IMG/VR virus record: IMGVR_UViG_3300046004_000626
Source: an uncultured virus (IMG/VR IMGVR_UViG_3300046004_000626)
Taxonomy: Duplodnaviria; Heunggongvirae; Uroviricota; Caudoviricetes
Strand: one strand, 5' to 3'
Length of the DNA: 64,000 nucleotides
The notes beneath the pieces were generated by a model, which did not search any database, had not been told where the DNA came from, and saw only the letters and a program-made list of their open reading frames with translations. Made by a program: the position numbers and the translations under genes. This document shows, piece after piece, positions 9,796-20,024 of the stretch. Each line of letters starts with the position of its first letter. Positions within the stretch are counted from its first letter, which is position 1.

Positions 9796-10982
9796 TGCCG
9801 TTACCATCCAGTGGTGTAATTAAATTCAGTGACATCAACGTAGAACTTGGTGTTGCAGCTAACACTAGTCGCAAATTAAGTGATAGTGCTGTGCGAACCT
9901 TATTTGAAATAGCCAGCGGCCGTATTACTTTGAGCAACGGATTTGGTAAAAGTAACTTACGAACAGTGATAGCTATGTCGTCGGCTTTGGCACCGTATGT
10001 ATATGCATGGCCGTGGTCCAATGGATTCGGCGCTAAATATGCCGACCCGTCGGCAGCATTATCTTCTCCGGGATCGTTAAAGTTTACTCATTCGAGCACA
10101 GCAATAGCAGTCGTACAATCTGGAACTCCGGGAATAGTTGCATACTCTTGGTCCAGCGGATTTGGAAGTAAATATGCCGACCCAGCAACACCACCACCGA
10201 CTATTGTTACTACTATAGCCTTTACTCCTTCGGATGATGCAATAGCTGTTGCTTCCACTACAGGTATAAGGATATCTGCATACTCTTGGTCTAATACTAC
10301 TGGAGTTGGAATTAAATATGCCGATCCGGCATCGCTGCCACTTGGTGCCCGTGGGCAAGGTGTGTGCTTTAATCCGCAAGGAACTGTGCTAGCAATGGTC
10401 CAGCGGAGTTACGTCGAAGCATGGTCTTTTTCTAGTGGATTTGGCAGTAAATATACCAGTCCAACTCAGCTAGGATCAGGCAATAACCTATCAGCAATTA
10501 CCTTTAATCCGCAAGGGACTGCTCTGGCCGTTCCCGTAGCTAACATAGCACCATATATACATGTATGGGCGTGGTCCAATGGATTCGGCAGTAAATATGC
10601 CGCCCCAGCGACGCCAATAGGCTCAAACCCATTATGGTCACCCCAAGGCAGTGCATGGAACGCTACATTTAGCCCTTCAGGAAATGCTATAGCTGTTGGT
10701 CACAATCACTTCCCTTTTGTAACTGTATACGCTTGGTCCAACGGATTTGGCAGTAAATATGCCGACCCAGTGACGCCAATAAACCTCAATTACGGGATGG
10801 ACCAAGTTAGCTCCGTCGGATTTAATATTTCAGAAACCGTAATAGTGCTTTGTGCGTATCAATACCAAGGCACTGGCGGTATTATGCAGGCATACGTTTG
10901 GTCCAATGGATTCGGAGCTAAATATGCCGACCCAGCAAATGCACCTACTAATAGCTCCCGACTAGCTGTTAACTACATTTAA
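9795..10982 (+). CDS. second adhesin: shared N-terminal anchor plus beta-propeller-like repeats
   Basis: MPLPSSG...INVELG...DSAVRTLF...GKSN N-terminus shared with 6368; about seven W(S)xGFGxKYADP repeats. Confidence 0.7.
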   Translation: MPLPSSGVIKFSDINVELGVAANTSRKLSDSAVRTLFEIASGRITLSNGFGKSNLRTVIAMSSALAPYVYAWPWSNGFGAKYADPSAALSSPGSLKFTHSSTAIAVVQSGTPGIVAYSWSSGFGSKYADPATPPPTIVTTIAFTPSDDAIAVASTTGIRISAYSWSNTTGVGIKYADPASLPLGARGQGVCFNPQGTVLAMVQRSYVEAWSFSSGFGSKYTSPTQLGSGNNLSAITFNPQGTALAVPVANIAPYIHVWAWSNGFGSKYAAPATPIGSNPLWSPQGSAWNATFSPSGNAIAVGHNHFPFVTVYAWSNGFGSKYADPVTPINLNYGMDQVSSVGFNISETVIVLCAYQYQGTGGIMQAYVWSNGFGAKYADPANAPTNSSRLAVNYI

Positions 10983-11003
10983 ATTTTAATAGGAGAAATA
11001 ACC

Positions 11004-11399
11004 ATGATAGTAACACAAGATGAACATTTAGATACTTTAGTAACAAACGCATACCACAGAGAAAAGGAAGTCTATCAATACCAAATAAATGTAGACAACT
11101 ATACTGTGATGCTTACTGGTTTACCAACCGACGCTATTCCTGATAATCTAGCACAACATATTAATACAGACACGCAAAATTTACCCTGGGATATGAGTGA
11201 TGAAGATGTTCAGACAATAGCTCAATACCAATACCGTGATAAATTGCGTTCATTGTTGCGTTCTGAAAGAGTAGAGCAAAATAAAGCACGCCTAGTATTA
11301 GAAGCATTAAAGGCACAAATTATTGCTGGTGAACTAGACTATCCTACTGTAATTGCTGAAAAGAAAATAACTGAAGAGGCAAAACTTGCCGCAGTATAA
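11004..11399 (+). CDS. hypothetical protein (possible fibre assembly factor)
   Basis: 131 aa, AGGAG RBS, follows the adhesin. Confidence 0.65.
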   Translation: MIVTQDEHLDTLVTNAYHREKEVYQYQINVDNYTVMLTGLPTDAIPDNLAQHINTDTQNLPWDMSDEDVQTIAQYQYRDKLRSLLRSERVEQNKARLVLEALKAQIIAGELDYPTVIAEKKITEEAKLAAV

Positions 11400-11400
11400 T

Positions 11401-11475
11401 AAGGAATGGCACGAAATTGAAGCACTAGAAGATGATACAGTATTTGTAAACATATTTGCAGAAGGCCACATGTAA
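11401..11475 (+). pseudogene. 3' remnant of a small cupin-like gene
   Basis: Translates KEWHEIEALEDDTVFVNIFAEGHM*, a cupin-type WHEIEALED C-terminus; no ATG start or RBS in the short upstream frame. Confidence 0.6.
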
Positions 11476-11534
11476 AAATGTACTATAAATAATATTCACA
11501 GGGAAAATGATCAATATTAACCCAGCAAAAGTAG

Positions 11535-11606
11535 TAAATACACTATAACAGAGAATAACTATGGCATTAACACAGGTAACACCAGACGTACTACATAATA
11601 TACAAA
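11535..11606 (+). repeat. 72-bp direct repeat copy 2
   Basis: 70/72 identical to 9017-9088. Confidence 0.95.
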
Positions 11607-11677
11607 CAGGGTCAACTTACATAGTTACTTCAACTGGTACATCAGCCACCCAGTTATTTTGGTATGAGTTGCGCTAA
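11561..11677 (+). pseudogene. 38-aa stub of an internally deleted fibre gene
   Basis: MALTQVTPDVLHNIQ (identical to the 9043 N-terminus) fused in frame to TGSTYIVTSTGTSATQLFWYELR*. Confidence 0.65.
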
Positions 11678-11821
11678 TATAAAACTATATAAATCACCAA
11701 ACTTAAAATCTCAAATCTCAACTAAATACATATAACAAACTGTGCCAGCTCAGGGGAATATGGAACCGCCGCTACCATTCAGTTTACTATATACTAATAA
11801 TTATAAGCGGAGTTTTAACCT

Positions 11822-14800
11822 ATGGCAGTTCTAACCAGAATTAAGAATAATCAGATTACGGATTCAACGATCCTTGCTAACACCAAGATTGTTCCAGGAT
11901 CTATTGTAGGTAGCTTATTTAATGCTAATCTAACAGTAGCCAGTGATGTTACCATTACTGGTAATCTAACAGTTCAAGGTGCTAGTAGTTACCTTACTGT
12001 AGCAAGTACCAACACTTATGTTAACGATCCATTAATTGTCCTAAACAATGCGTTTACTGGAACAAACAGTTACGATGTTGGTCTAATATTCAATCGTGGT
12101 AATCAAACCAGCACAGCGTTGATTTGGAACGAAAATGATAACCAATTTGAACTCACTTATACAACTGAAACTGGCACAAGCTACGCCACTATTGACAACA
12201 GCGGATTTGCTAACTTAAAAGTTGGTAATCTTACAGTCGCTGGCATTACAACAATAGATGATATTGGCGCCGGCAATCTTACATTAACTGGCGATCTAGC
12301 AGTTAATGGCGGCGATATAACCACAACTGCCACTACATTTAATCTATTAAACACTGATGCTACTACAATCAGCGCATTTGGTGCTGCAACTACCTTGGGT
12401 ATTGGTGCATCAACTGGTACACTAACCTTAAACAATGCTACTGTAACAACACCTGGGCAAATAGTTACTACACGTGCTGGTAGTGCTACAACAGGTGATG
12501 GCCAAATTTACCTAAACGGTAGCACCAGCAATCGTATAGATTGGAACACAAACGGCACAGGTGCTCCGGCATTTACTACAAGAACCGATGGTACTAAAGT
12601 AGTTCTTTATCCTGCACTAAGTGGTAGCACAGTTGATTACGCTATTGGTATCGATTCTGCAACATTATGGACGAGCGTTCCGGAATATGGTGACTCATTT
12701 AACTTTAAATGGTATGGTGCTACAACACTAGTAGCAAACTTATCAGGTACTGGTAACTTTACAACTGTAGGAGATGTTGCTGTTAACGGTGGTGATTTAA
12801 CTACCACAGCGGCTACATTTAATTTAATTGATACAGATGCTACCACAGTAAACTTTGCTGGTGCGGCAACAACTATTGATATTGGTGCTACAACTGGCAC
12901 ACTAACGATTAACAACCCGACTGTAGTTGGCTCACAAACAACGCAGGACTTATATAATACAGTTGCTACAACACTAAACTTTGCTGGAGCAGCTACCACA
13001 TTAATAGTGGGTGCAACTACTGGCATAGCAAACATACGTAATGCAACTACCAATATTATTGGTAATGCTACTGTAGGCGGTAAACTTACAATGGGTAATA
13101 TTATTACCCTAGCTAATGGTGCGGTAATTAAAGACACGTCTGGCAATGCAGTAGCATTTGGACACAGTGCTGGTTTAACTAGTCAAGGACCTAGCTCGGT
13201 AGCTATTGGTGCGTTTGCAGGAGAGAATACACAATCAGATTATGCTGTAGCCATAGGACGTAGTGCTGGTTTAACTACTCAAGCTACAGAAACTGTTGCG
13301 GTTGGTATATATTCTGGAACTCTGCAACAAGAACAATACGCCGTAGCAGTTGGCGCTTGGGCAGGTCAATACAACCAAAGTATAGGATCGATAGCAATAG
13401 GCTATGAAGCTGCTCACAGTGAAAACGGTGATTATGCAATTTCTATAGGATACAAAGCTGGATATCTTGCTCAACCTGCTAGAACTATTGTTCTTAATGC
13501 TAGCGGAGATCAAACTAACGGCGTAGCGGCACAAACAGACAGCTTCTATGTAAACCCAATTAGAAATGCCACTGGCAACGTAGGTACATTACAATACAAT
13601 AGTGTTACTAAAGAAGTTACATACAGCTTAGACTTAACATTGGCTAATATTACCTTAACAGGTGACTTAGCAGTTAATGGTGGTGACTTAACAACTACCG
13701 CTAGCGCATTTAATTTATTAAACTCAAATGCTACTACTGTAGATGCATTTAAAGCTGCTACTGATTTAGAATTTGGTGCTACAACTGGTACATTAACAAT
13801 TAATAACCCAACTGTAGTTGGCTCACAAACAACACAAGATTTATACAACACAACAGCAACTACAGTAAATGCATTTGGTGCTGCCACTACATTAATAGTA
13901 GGCGCAACTACAGGCATTGCAAACATACGTAATGCAACTACGAATGTACTTGGTAATTTAGTAGTTGCTGGTACAATGGGTGTAACTGGTGCGGTAACAC
14001 TAACTGATGATTTAGCTGTTAATGGTGGTGATTTAACTACAAGTGCCAGCACATTTAATTTAGTTGATGCCAATGCTACTACTGTAAACTTTGCTGGTGC
14101 AGCGACTACCATTGATCTAGGTGCTACAACTGGTACATTAACAATTAATAACCCAACTGTAGTTGGCTCACAAACAACACAAGATGTATTTAATACAACT
14201 GCTACTACAGTAAATGCATTTGGTGCCGCCACTACACTAATACTTGGTGATACTTCGGGTACAGCAAACATCCGCAATGCAACTACAAACATTGAAGGTA
14301 ATGCAGTAGTTGGTGCTACACTTTCAGCAAATAGTATACAAGCAACACCAATTGGGTCAGTAACTGCAGCCTCTGGTAAATTTACATCAGTAACCGACGA
14401 ATCATTAACAGCAACTAGAGTAACATTTGCCGGTACTGGTGGAGATTTAGACGATAGCGCAAACTTGACGTTTGTTACAGACACACTATCTATTAGAAAT
14501 GTATCGATTAACGGTGAAACTAATACTATCGCTGCAGTTGGTGGCAATCTTAACTTATCAGCTAGCACCAATGTAATTGATGGCAACGGTGCGACTGTGG
14601 CAAATATTGCTGACCCTACAGATCTGCAAGATGCAGTTACATTAAGTTATTTAAACACACAAATTAACAGTGGTGTTACAAACTTACAAACAGATAATTC
14701 CGATATCACTATAACAGACAATGGTAACGTGGCAGGTGTTATCACAACTAATGTAGACGGTGTATTAGTTTCGACCATTACAACAAATTCAGCGGCATAC

Positions 14801-17800
14801 TTTACAGATTTATTAGTAATAGATGACGCTACTTCTAATGTATCCGTTGGTGGTTCATTGTTTGTTCAAACTACCAGTCAGTTTATTGGAAATGTTACAG
14901 TTGATGCTAGTGTAGGACGTGGATTCCACGTTAGCAACAGTACAGCACAGTTTGCAAAAACAGTAACATTTGATGCTAATGTAGATATTAGTGGTAACAT
15001 TAACGCAACTGATACTACACAAAGTATTAACAGTTCAACTGGTGCAATTACTACACTTGGTGGTGTTGGTATTGCTCAAAACTTAAACGTAGGTGGTGAT
15101 GTAGTTATCACAGGTAACTTGCAGGTTGATGGGTCTGTAACATCAGTTAACACAGCAACATTAGATGTTGAAGATTTAAACATCACAGTGGCTAAAGGCG
15201 CTGCAAATCCAGCAGCCGCTAACGGTGCAGGTCTAACCATAGATGGCGCCAATGCAACTATTTTATGGACTAATGCAACCCAATCAGTTAATTTTAATAA
15301 AAATATAGTTACACCGGGTGCCAATTTCACAGGCACTGTTACAGTAGCTCCGAGATTTACAGTAACGTCGTTTGATGGCAACTCTGTAACAACATTAAGT
15401 GGTAACGACATCACCACAAGTGCAACAACAGCAAACCTATTTAATACCACTGCTACCACGATAAACTTTGCAGGTGGAGCAACTGCACTTATATTAGGTA
15501 GCACAACAGGTATTGCAAATATACGTAATGCAACTACAAATATTATTGGCGCCGCTACAGTAGGTAGTACATTATCAGTCACTGGTGAAACTACGTTAAC
15601 TGCTAACTTAGCAGTTAATGGTGGAGACATTACAACCACTGCTAGTACATTTAACTTAGTAAATGCAAATGCTACAACAGTTGATGCGTTTAAAGCTGCA
15701 ACTGATTTAGAATTTGGTGCCACAAGTGGTACGTTGACTATCAATAACCCGGCAGTAGTTGGCACACAAGCAACACAAGATGTATTCAATACTAATGCTA
15801 CAACTGTAAATGCATTTGGTGCAGCAACAACACTTATAGTTGGTGCTACCACCGGTATAGCAAACATACGTAACGAAACAACAAACATTATTGGTAATGC
15901 TACAGTTGGTGGCACACTTGGTGTAACTGGCCATGTAACATTAGAAGGAGTTACATCATCTGGCGCTACTGGTACAGGTAATATAGTATTCAGTAATAGC
16001 CCAGTACTAACAACACCAAACATTGGCACACCTGGCTTTGCTAACTTATCTAATGCAACAGACTTGCCTATAAGTACAGGGGTTAGTGGACTTGCTACAG
16101 GAGTAGCTACATTCTTAGCCACCCCTTCAAGTAGTAATTTAATCACAGTAGTAACAGATGAAACTGGCACTGGTAATTTGGTATTCAGTACAAGTCCAGT
16201 ACTAACAACGCCAAACATCGGCACACCTAGTTTTGCTAACTTATCTAATGCAACCGGCTTACCGTTAACAGGTGTTACTGGCTTTGGAGCAAATGTAGCT
16301 ACATTCTTAGCAACACCATCAAGTAGTAATTTACTAGATGCTGTTACCGACGAAACAGGCACTGGTAATTTAGTATTCAGTACAAGCCCTACATTAGAAA
16401 CATCATTGGTAGCAGGTACTAGTAGCTTTGATCTAGTTAACACAACAGCCACTACAGTAAACTTTGCAGGTGCAGCAACAACATTAAGTGTTGGTGCAGC
16501 CACAGGTACTACAACGGTCAATAACGATTTAGATGTTGCATTAACAGTAACAGCACGTGATATTAACAGTACTGTAATTGGTAACGTATCTGCCGCAGCT
16601 GGTACATTTACAACTGTAACAGACACAGGCTTAACTGCAACAAGAATTACCTATGCTGGCACAGGTGGCTTATTATCTGACTCATCTGACTTTACCTTTG
16701 CATCAAACATTTTAACAGTTAAAAACTTTAGTATTAATGGTGATACCGCAGAAATTTCTGTAATTGGCGGCAGTGGTAATGTTACATTGAATCCAGATGC
16801 AGGTGGTGTAATTGATGCAACAGGCTCGTTGATATCTAATATTGCTAATCCGGTCAGCGCACAAGATGCAGTAACATTAGATTATTTAACTACTACACTG
16901 GCTTCAGCTAGTGCTACCTCTATTTTACAAAATAATACAGACGTTACTGTATCTGATTCGGGCAATGGTACAATTACAGCTAATGTTGATGCTGTTAATG
17001 TGTTTACAATATCTAATTCATCCGCTAATTTCTACAATGGATTTGTAACATTCACTGACACTACTAGCAATGTTACAATTGATGGATTAGCGTATATTTC
17101 AGGTAATGCAACAGTATCAGGTGAATTATCTGTTGCTGGACAAGTTACGTTTAGTGATACTACTGAAAGTGACTTTTCTGGCGGCGGTGCATTAAGTGTA
17201 GACGGCGGTATTAGTGCTGCTAAATCAATTACAGCAGGCGGCAACTTAACTGTCGATGGTGCTAATGTAACATTTGGTGATAATACTGTATTTTACTCAT
17301 CATATACTACAATAAACAATCAGGGTATCTACCACGAACAAGGTTCTGGCAGAAGATCTATCCAAATAAAAGCTAATGATAATACCTATGGTGGTGGCAT
17401 TGCATCAGGTGATAGCAATGGAACTTATGTATACTCGGCTACCGGAATGCAGTTTGCTACAGGAACTACATTAAGAACTAGCCTCTATCCAACAACTCTT
17501 GGTAATATTGGCGTACAAATTACACAAAACGGTAATTTGATTGCTCAAAGTGGAACAGTAAGTACAAGTATATCGACAGGTGCATTAGTTGTAGTTGGCG
17601 GTGTTGGTATTAGTGATAGCTTGTTTGTGGGTAATGGCGCAGTAATAAACGATACGCAATCGAATGAAAACTTTGTTGTTAAAGGTACAAATTCATCTAG
17701 TTTATTCTTAGCAGATAGTACTAATAATGCTGTGGTGTTTGGCGGCAACTTAACATCGGCTGTTGCCGGATCTATAGCAACATTTACCGGTTCAAGTGCA

Positions 17801-18826
17801 ATTATATTACCAGTTGGTGATGTTAGTCAACGTCCAAGTAATTCCGGTGCCACTGATGTTATAGGTATGGCACGATATAGTACATCATCCAACAATATTG
17901 AATTCTTTGATGGTACATCATGGCAAGTAGCAGGTAGCTCATTTACATTAGTTACAACAAATGCATTTACAGGTAACGGAGTTGCAACTAACTTTACATT
18001 ATCGGCGCCATCAACAACATCAGCTCTTATTGTTGCAATTAACGGAGTTGTGCAATATCCAACACTATCATATAGTGTAGGTGGAATAAACAGTGATGTA
18101 TTAACATTCACCGAAGCTCCGGCTGTTGGTGATATCATTGATGCTAGAGCATTAAGTACATCCACAACAGTATCAGCATTATCCAACGGTAATGGCTATG
18201 TACAATTTAAAGTTAATGATACCTTTGCTAACGTAATAGCCGGTACAAGCACAGTTGAAACTAGAATGAGTATTTCGGCAGCTACTGGTACAGCAACATT
18301 CATGAATGATGTTGTTATTAACGGTAACTTAACAGTCAAGGGTGATACAGCAGGTAATATTAATCTTGGTGATTCTAACACAGATAATGTTATATTCTTT
18401 GCAGACATTAATAGTAATGTTATTCCAAATGGTAACGAAGTTCATAATCTGGGCGCCACCGACAAACGTTGGGCGAATACTTATACCGATGCTCTTGTTG
18501 CTAGAATTATTGTAGCAGATCCAGCTGCAGTATCGGTGGGTACTTCGGATGTGGTGATTGATACATTTGATGCAACAGTATACAGAAGTGCAAAATATGT
18601 ATTGTCAATTTCAAATTCGTCACTAGGCGAGTATGAAACTGCTGAAGTATTAGTAGTACACAATGGCACCACTGCATACAAAAACCAATATGCTACTATG
18701 TATACAGGTACAGCAAGTTTAGGTACTATATCAGCGACGTATACTAGCGGGACAGTTGAGTTATCATACCAAGGTGCAAATGCTGGTAATGCAGTAAAAA
18801 TACAAACAACATATATTAAGGTATAA
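11822..18826 (+). CDS. giant repeat-rich tail fibre/virion protein
   Basis: 2334 aa; about five LAVNGGD(L/I)TTT modules, an AVAIG repeat block, and a C-terminal DTFDATVYRSAKY domain. Confidence 0.8.
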   Translation: MAVLTRIKNNQITDSTILANTKIVPGSIVGSLFNANLTVASDVTITGNLTVQGASSYLTVASTNTYVNDPLIVLNNAFTGTNSYDVGLIFNRGNQTSTALIWNENDNQFELTYTTETGTSYATIDNSGFANLKVGNLTVAGITTIDDIGAGNLTLTGDLAVNGGDITTTATTFNLLNTDATTISAFGAATTLGIGASTGTLTLNNATVTTPGQIVTTRAGSATTGDGQIYLNGSTSNRIDWNTNGTGAPAFTTRTDGTKVVLYPALSGSTVDYAIGIDSATLWTSVPEYGDSFNFKWYGATTLVANLSGTGNFTTVGDVAVNGGDLTTTAATFNLIDTDATTVNFAGAATTIDIGATTGTLTINNPTVVGSQTTQDLYNTVATTLNFAGAATTLIVGATTGIANIRNATTNIIGNATVGGKLTMGNIITLANGAVIKDTSGNAVAFGHSAGLTSQGPSSVAIGAFAGENTQSDYAVAIGRSAGLTTQATETVAVGIYSGTLQQEQYAVAVGAWAGQYNQSIGSIAIGYEAAHSENGDYAISIGYKAGYLAQPARTIVLNASGDQTNGVAAQTDSFYVNPIRNATGNVGTLQYNSVTKEVTYSLDLTLANITLTGDLAVNGGDLTTTASAFNLLNSNATTVDAFKAATDLEFGATTGTLTINNPTVVGSQTTQDLYNTTATTVNAFGAATTLIVGATTGIANIRNATTNVLGNLVVAGTMGVTGAVTLTDDLAVNGGDLTTSASTFNLVDANATTVNFAGAATTIDLGATTGTLTINNPTVVGSQTTQDVFNTTATTVNAFGAATTLILGDTSGTANIRNATTNIEGNAVVGATLSANSIQATPIGSVTAASGKFTSVTDESLTATRVTFAGTGGDLDDSANLTFVTDTLSIRNVSINGETNTIAAVGGNLNLSASTNVIDGNGATVANIADPTDLQDAVTLSYLNTQINSGVTNLQTDNSDITITDNGNVAGVITTNVDGVLVSTITTNSAAYFTDLLVIDDATSNVSVGGSLFVQTTSQFIGNVTVDASVGRGFHVSNSTAQFAKTVTFDANVDISGNINATDTTQSINSSTGAITTLGGVGIAQNLNVGGDVVITGNLQVDGSVTSVNTATLDVEDLNITVAKGAANPAAANGAGLTIDGANATILWTNATQSVNFNKNIVTPGANFTGTVTVAPRFTVTSFDGNSVTTLSGNDITTSATTANLFNTTATTINFAGGATALILGSTTGIANIRNATTNIIGAATVGSTLSVTGETTLTANLAVNGGDITTTASTFNLVNANATTVDAFKAATDLEFGATSGTLTINNPAVVGTQATQDVFNTNATTVNAFGAATTLIVGATTGIANIRNETTNIIGNATVGGTLGVTGHVTLEGVTSSGATGTGNIVFSNSPVLTTPNIGTPGFANLSNATDLPISTGVSGLATGVATFLATPSSSNLITVVTDETGTGNLVFSTSPVLTTPNIGTPSFANLSNATGLPLTGVTGFGANVATFLATPSSSNLLDAVTDETGTGNLVFSTSPTLETSLVAGTSSFDLVNTTATTVNFAGAATTLSVGAATGTTTVNNDLDVALTVTARDINSTVIGNVSAAAGTFTTVTDTGLTATRITYAGTGGLLSDSSDFTFASNILTVKNFSINGDTAEISVIGGSGNVTLNPDAGGVIDATGSLISNIANPVSAQDAVTLDYLTTTLASASATSILQNNTDVTVSDSGNGTITANVDAVNVFTISNSSANFYNGFVTFTDTTSNVTIDGLAYISGNATVSGELSVAGQVTFSDTTESDFSGGGALSVDGGISAAKSITAGGNLTVDGANVTFGDNTVFYSSYTTINNQGIYHEQGSGRRSIQIKANDNTYGGGIASGDSNGTYVYSATGMQFATGTTLRTSLYPTTLGNIGVQITQNGNLIAQSGTVSTSISTGALVVVGGVGISDSLFVGNGAVINDTQSNENFVVKGTNSSSLFLADSTNNAVVFGGNLTSAVAGSIATFTGSSAIILPVGDVSQRPSNSGATDVIGMARYSTSSNNIEFFDGTSWQVAGSSFTLVTTNAFTGNGVATNFTLSAPSTTSALIVAINGVVQYPTLSYSVGGINSDVLTFTEAPAVGDIIDARALSTSTTVSALSNGNGYVQFKVNDTFANVIAGTSTVETRMSISAATGTATFMNDVVINGNLTVKGDTAGNINLGDSNTDNVIFFADINSNVIPNGNEVHNLGATDKRWANTYTDALVARIIVADPAAVSVGTSDVVIDTFDATVYRSAKYVLSISNSSLGEYETAEVLVVHNGTTAYKNQYATMYTGTASLGTISATYTSGTVELSYQGANAGNAVKIQTTYIKV

Positions 18827-18832
18827 AAATTA

Positions 18833-19570
18833 ATGCTTCCTTTAGTTAAACGATATCGTAAGGATTATACTACAGAATCAATTGTAGTTGAGCGTAATTA
18901 TAATAACGGAGTTTGGCACGATACAACAGAAAATGTGCCAAACGCTATTACTAATATACAAATATCTAATCAAGCAATTGTATTGGGTAATGGATTAAGC
19001 AGACTAGATTTAAATCTATCCGTGATTAAAAATCACCACGGTGGTTTACTTGGCGCAAAAACTCTACAAAGTTATGGTTGCAATGCCTTGTATAGAGATT
19101 TTGCTCCTGATTTTCTAATAGCAACTGGTAATGAAATGATTAAAGAACTAGCGGAGAGTGCTTATATCAATGATCATATTGTATACACTAACGCCGAACA
19201 TACCTTACAATATCCTAATAAATTTTATATGATTCCGTACAATTCATATATGGATGCAGGAACCACAGCAGCATATATTGCAGCATTTGATGGACATAAA
19301 CGAATATATATGTTGGGCTTTGATCACCAATCGGGTCGTGGATTTAATAATAACGTATATGCTGGCACTGCCTGTTATCAACCGGTTAGAAGTGATGTGT
19401 TAGATACTCGCTGGATAGAAGCACGTAAGATGTTGTTTGATGTTTATAATGATGTTGAATTTATTCTAGTATCGCGTACAGGAAGAATGACTGTGTCGGA
19501 CACATGGGCAGGCTGTTTAAATTTTAGACAAGCATCATTACGCACATTTGCGTTAGAAGTGGATCTATAA
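18833..19570 (+). CDS. DUF115/MAF-like (nucleotide-sugar transferase-like) protein
   Basis: AIVLGNGLSR, YGCNALYRDF-PD and IYMLGFD motifs. Confidence 0.5.
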   Translation: MLPLVKRYRKDYTTESIVVERNYNNGVWHDTTENVPNAITNIQISNQAIVLGNGLSRLDLNLSVIKNHHGGLLGAKTLQSYGCNALYRDFAPDFLIATGNEMIKELAESAYINDHIVYTNAEHTLQYPNKFYMIPYNSYMDAGTTAAYIAAFDGHKRIYMLGFDHQSGRGFNNNVYAGTACYQPVRSDVLDTRWIEARKMLFDVYNDVEFILVSRTGRMTVSDTWAGCLNFRQASLRTFALEVDL

Positions 19571-20017
19571 TATAGATTCTAAAGTTTTAATCTTAGCAAC
19601 AACTTCTTTAAAATTAACAGTACGCCATACACCTGGATGCAAGGGTTTAGGATGATCATCCAAATTAACCCAACAATACCCTCTGTGCTCGTGATTTAAT
19701 TCAGGTACAAATTCTTCATTGACGGGTAGTAAAAACGTATGATATGAGAAATTGTTTTTATCACTGGTGAATTTTTCGATAGGTATTACTCTGGCAGAGG
19801 AAAAATCTACACCTAATTCTTCTGTAAGTTCACGATGTAGGGATTCGAGTAACTGCTCGCCACTATCGATCTTACCACCTGCTAATCCCCATGTACCTGC
19901 GTATCTACTTGAATTACGTAATAGAAAAAGATATCGATGTGTAGTTACACAATAAATGAACGTGCCGACACCTTCAATTGATTTATTTGATACTGATTCT
20001 TTTATTTTAGTTAACAT
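19565..20017 (-). CDS. NUDIX hydrolase
   Basis: Nudix box GGKIDSGEQLLESLHRELTEELG. Confidence 0.9.
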   Translation of the reverse strand: MLTKIKESVSNKSIEGVGTFIYCVTTHRYLFLLRNSSRYAGTWGLAGGKIDSGEQLLESLHRELTEELGVDFSSARVIPIEKFTSDKNNFSYHTFLLPVNEEFVPELNHEHRGYCWVNLDDHPKPLHPGVWRTVNFKEVVAKIKTLESIL

Positions 20018-20024
20018 ATTAACT

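Noticed and set aside
8802..11393. Diversity-generating retroelement TR/VR pair
   Set aside because: Differences between the copies are not adenine-specific and no reverse transcriptase is present in the window
8781..11403. TAATAAG at two cassette junctions as a site-specific crossover core
   Set aside because: Short AT-rich tandem-stop sequence expected by chance; no recombinase in the window
12181..18681. Long minus-strand ORFs (e.g. 13546-14586, 15076-16626)
   Set aside because: Antisense shadows of the Thr/Gly/Asn-rich fibre gene, with no RBS, promoter or recognisable motifs
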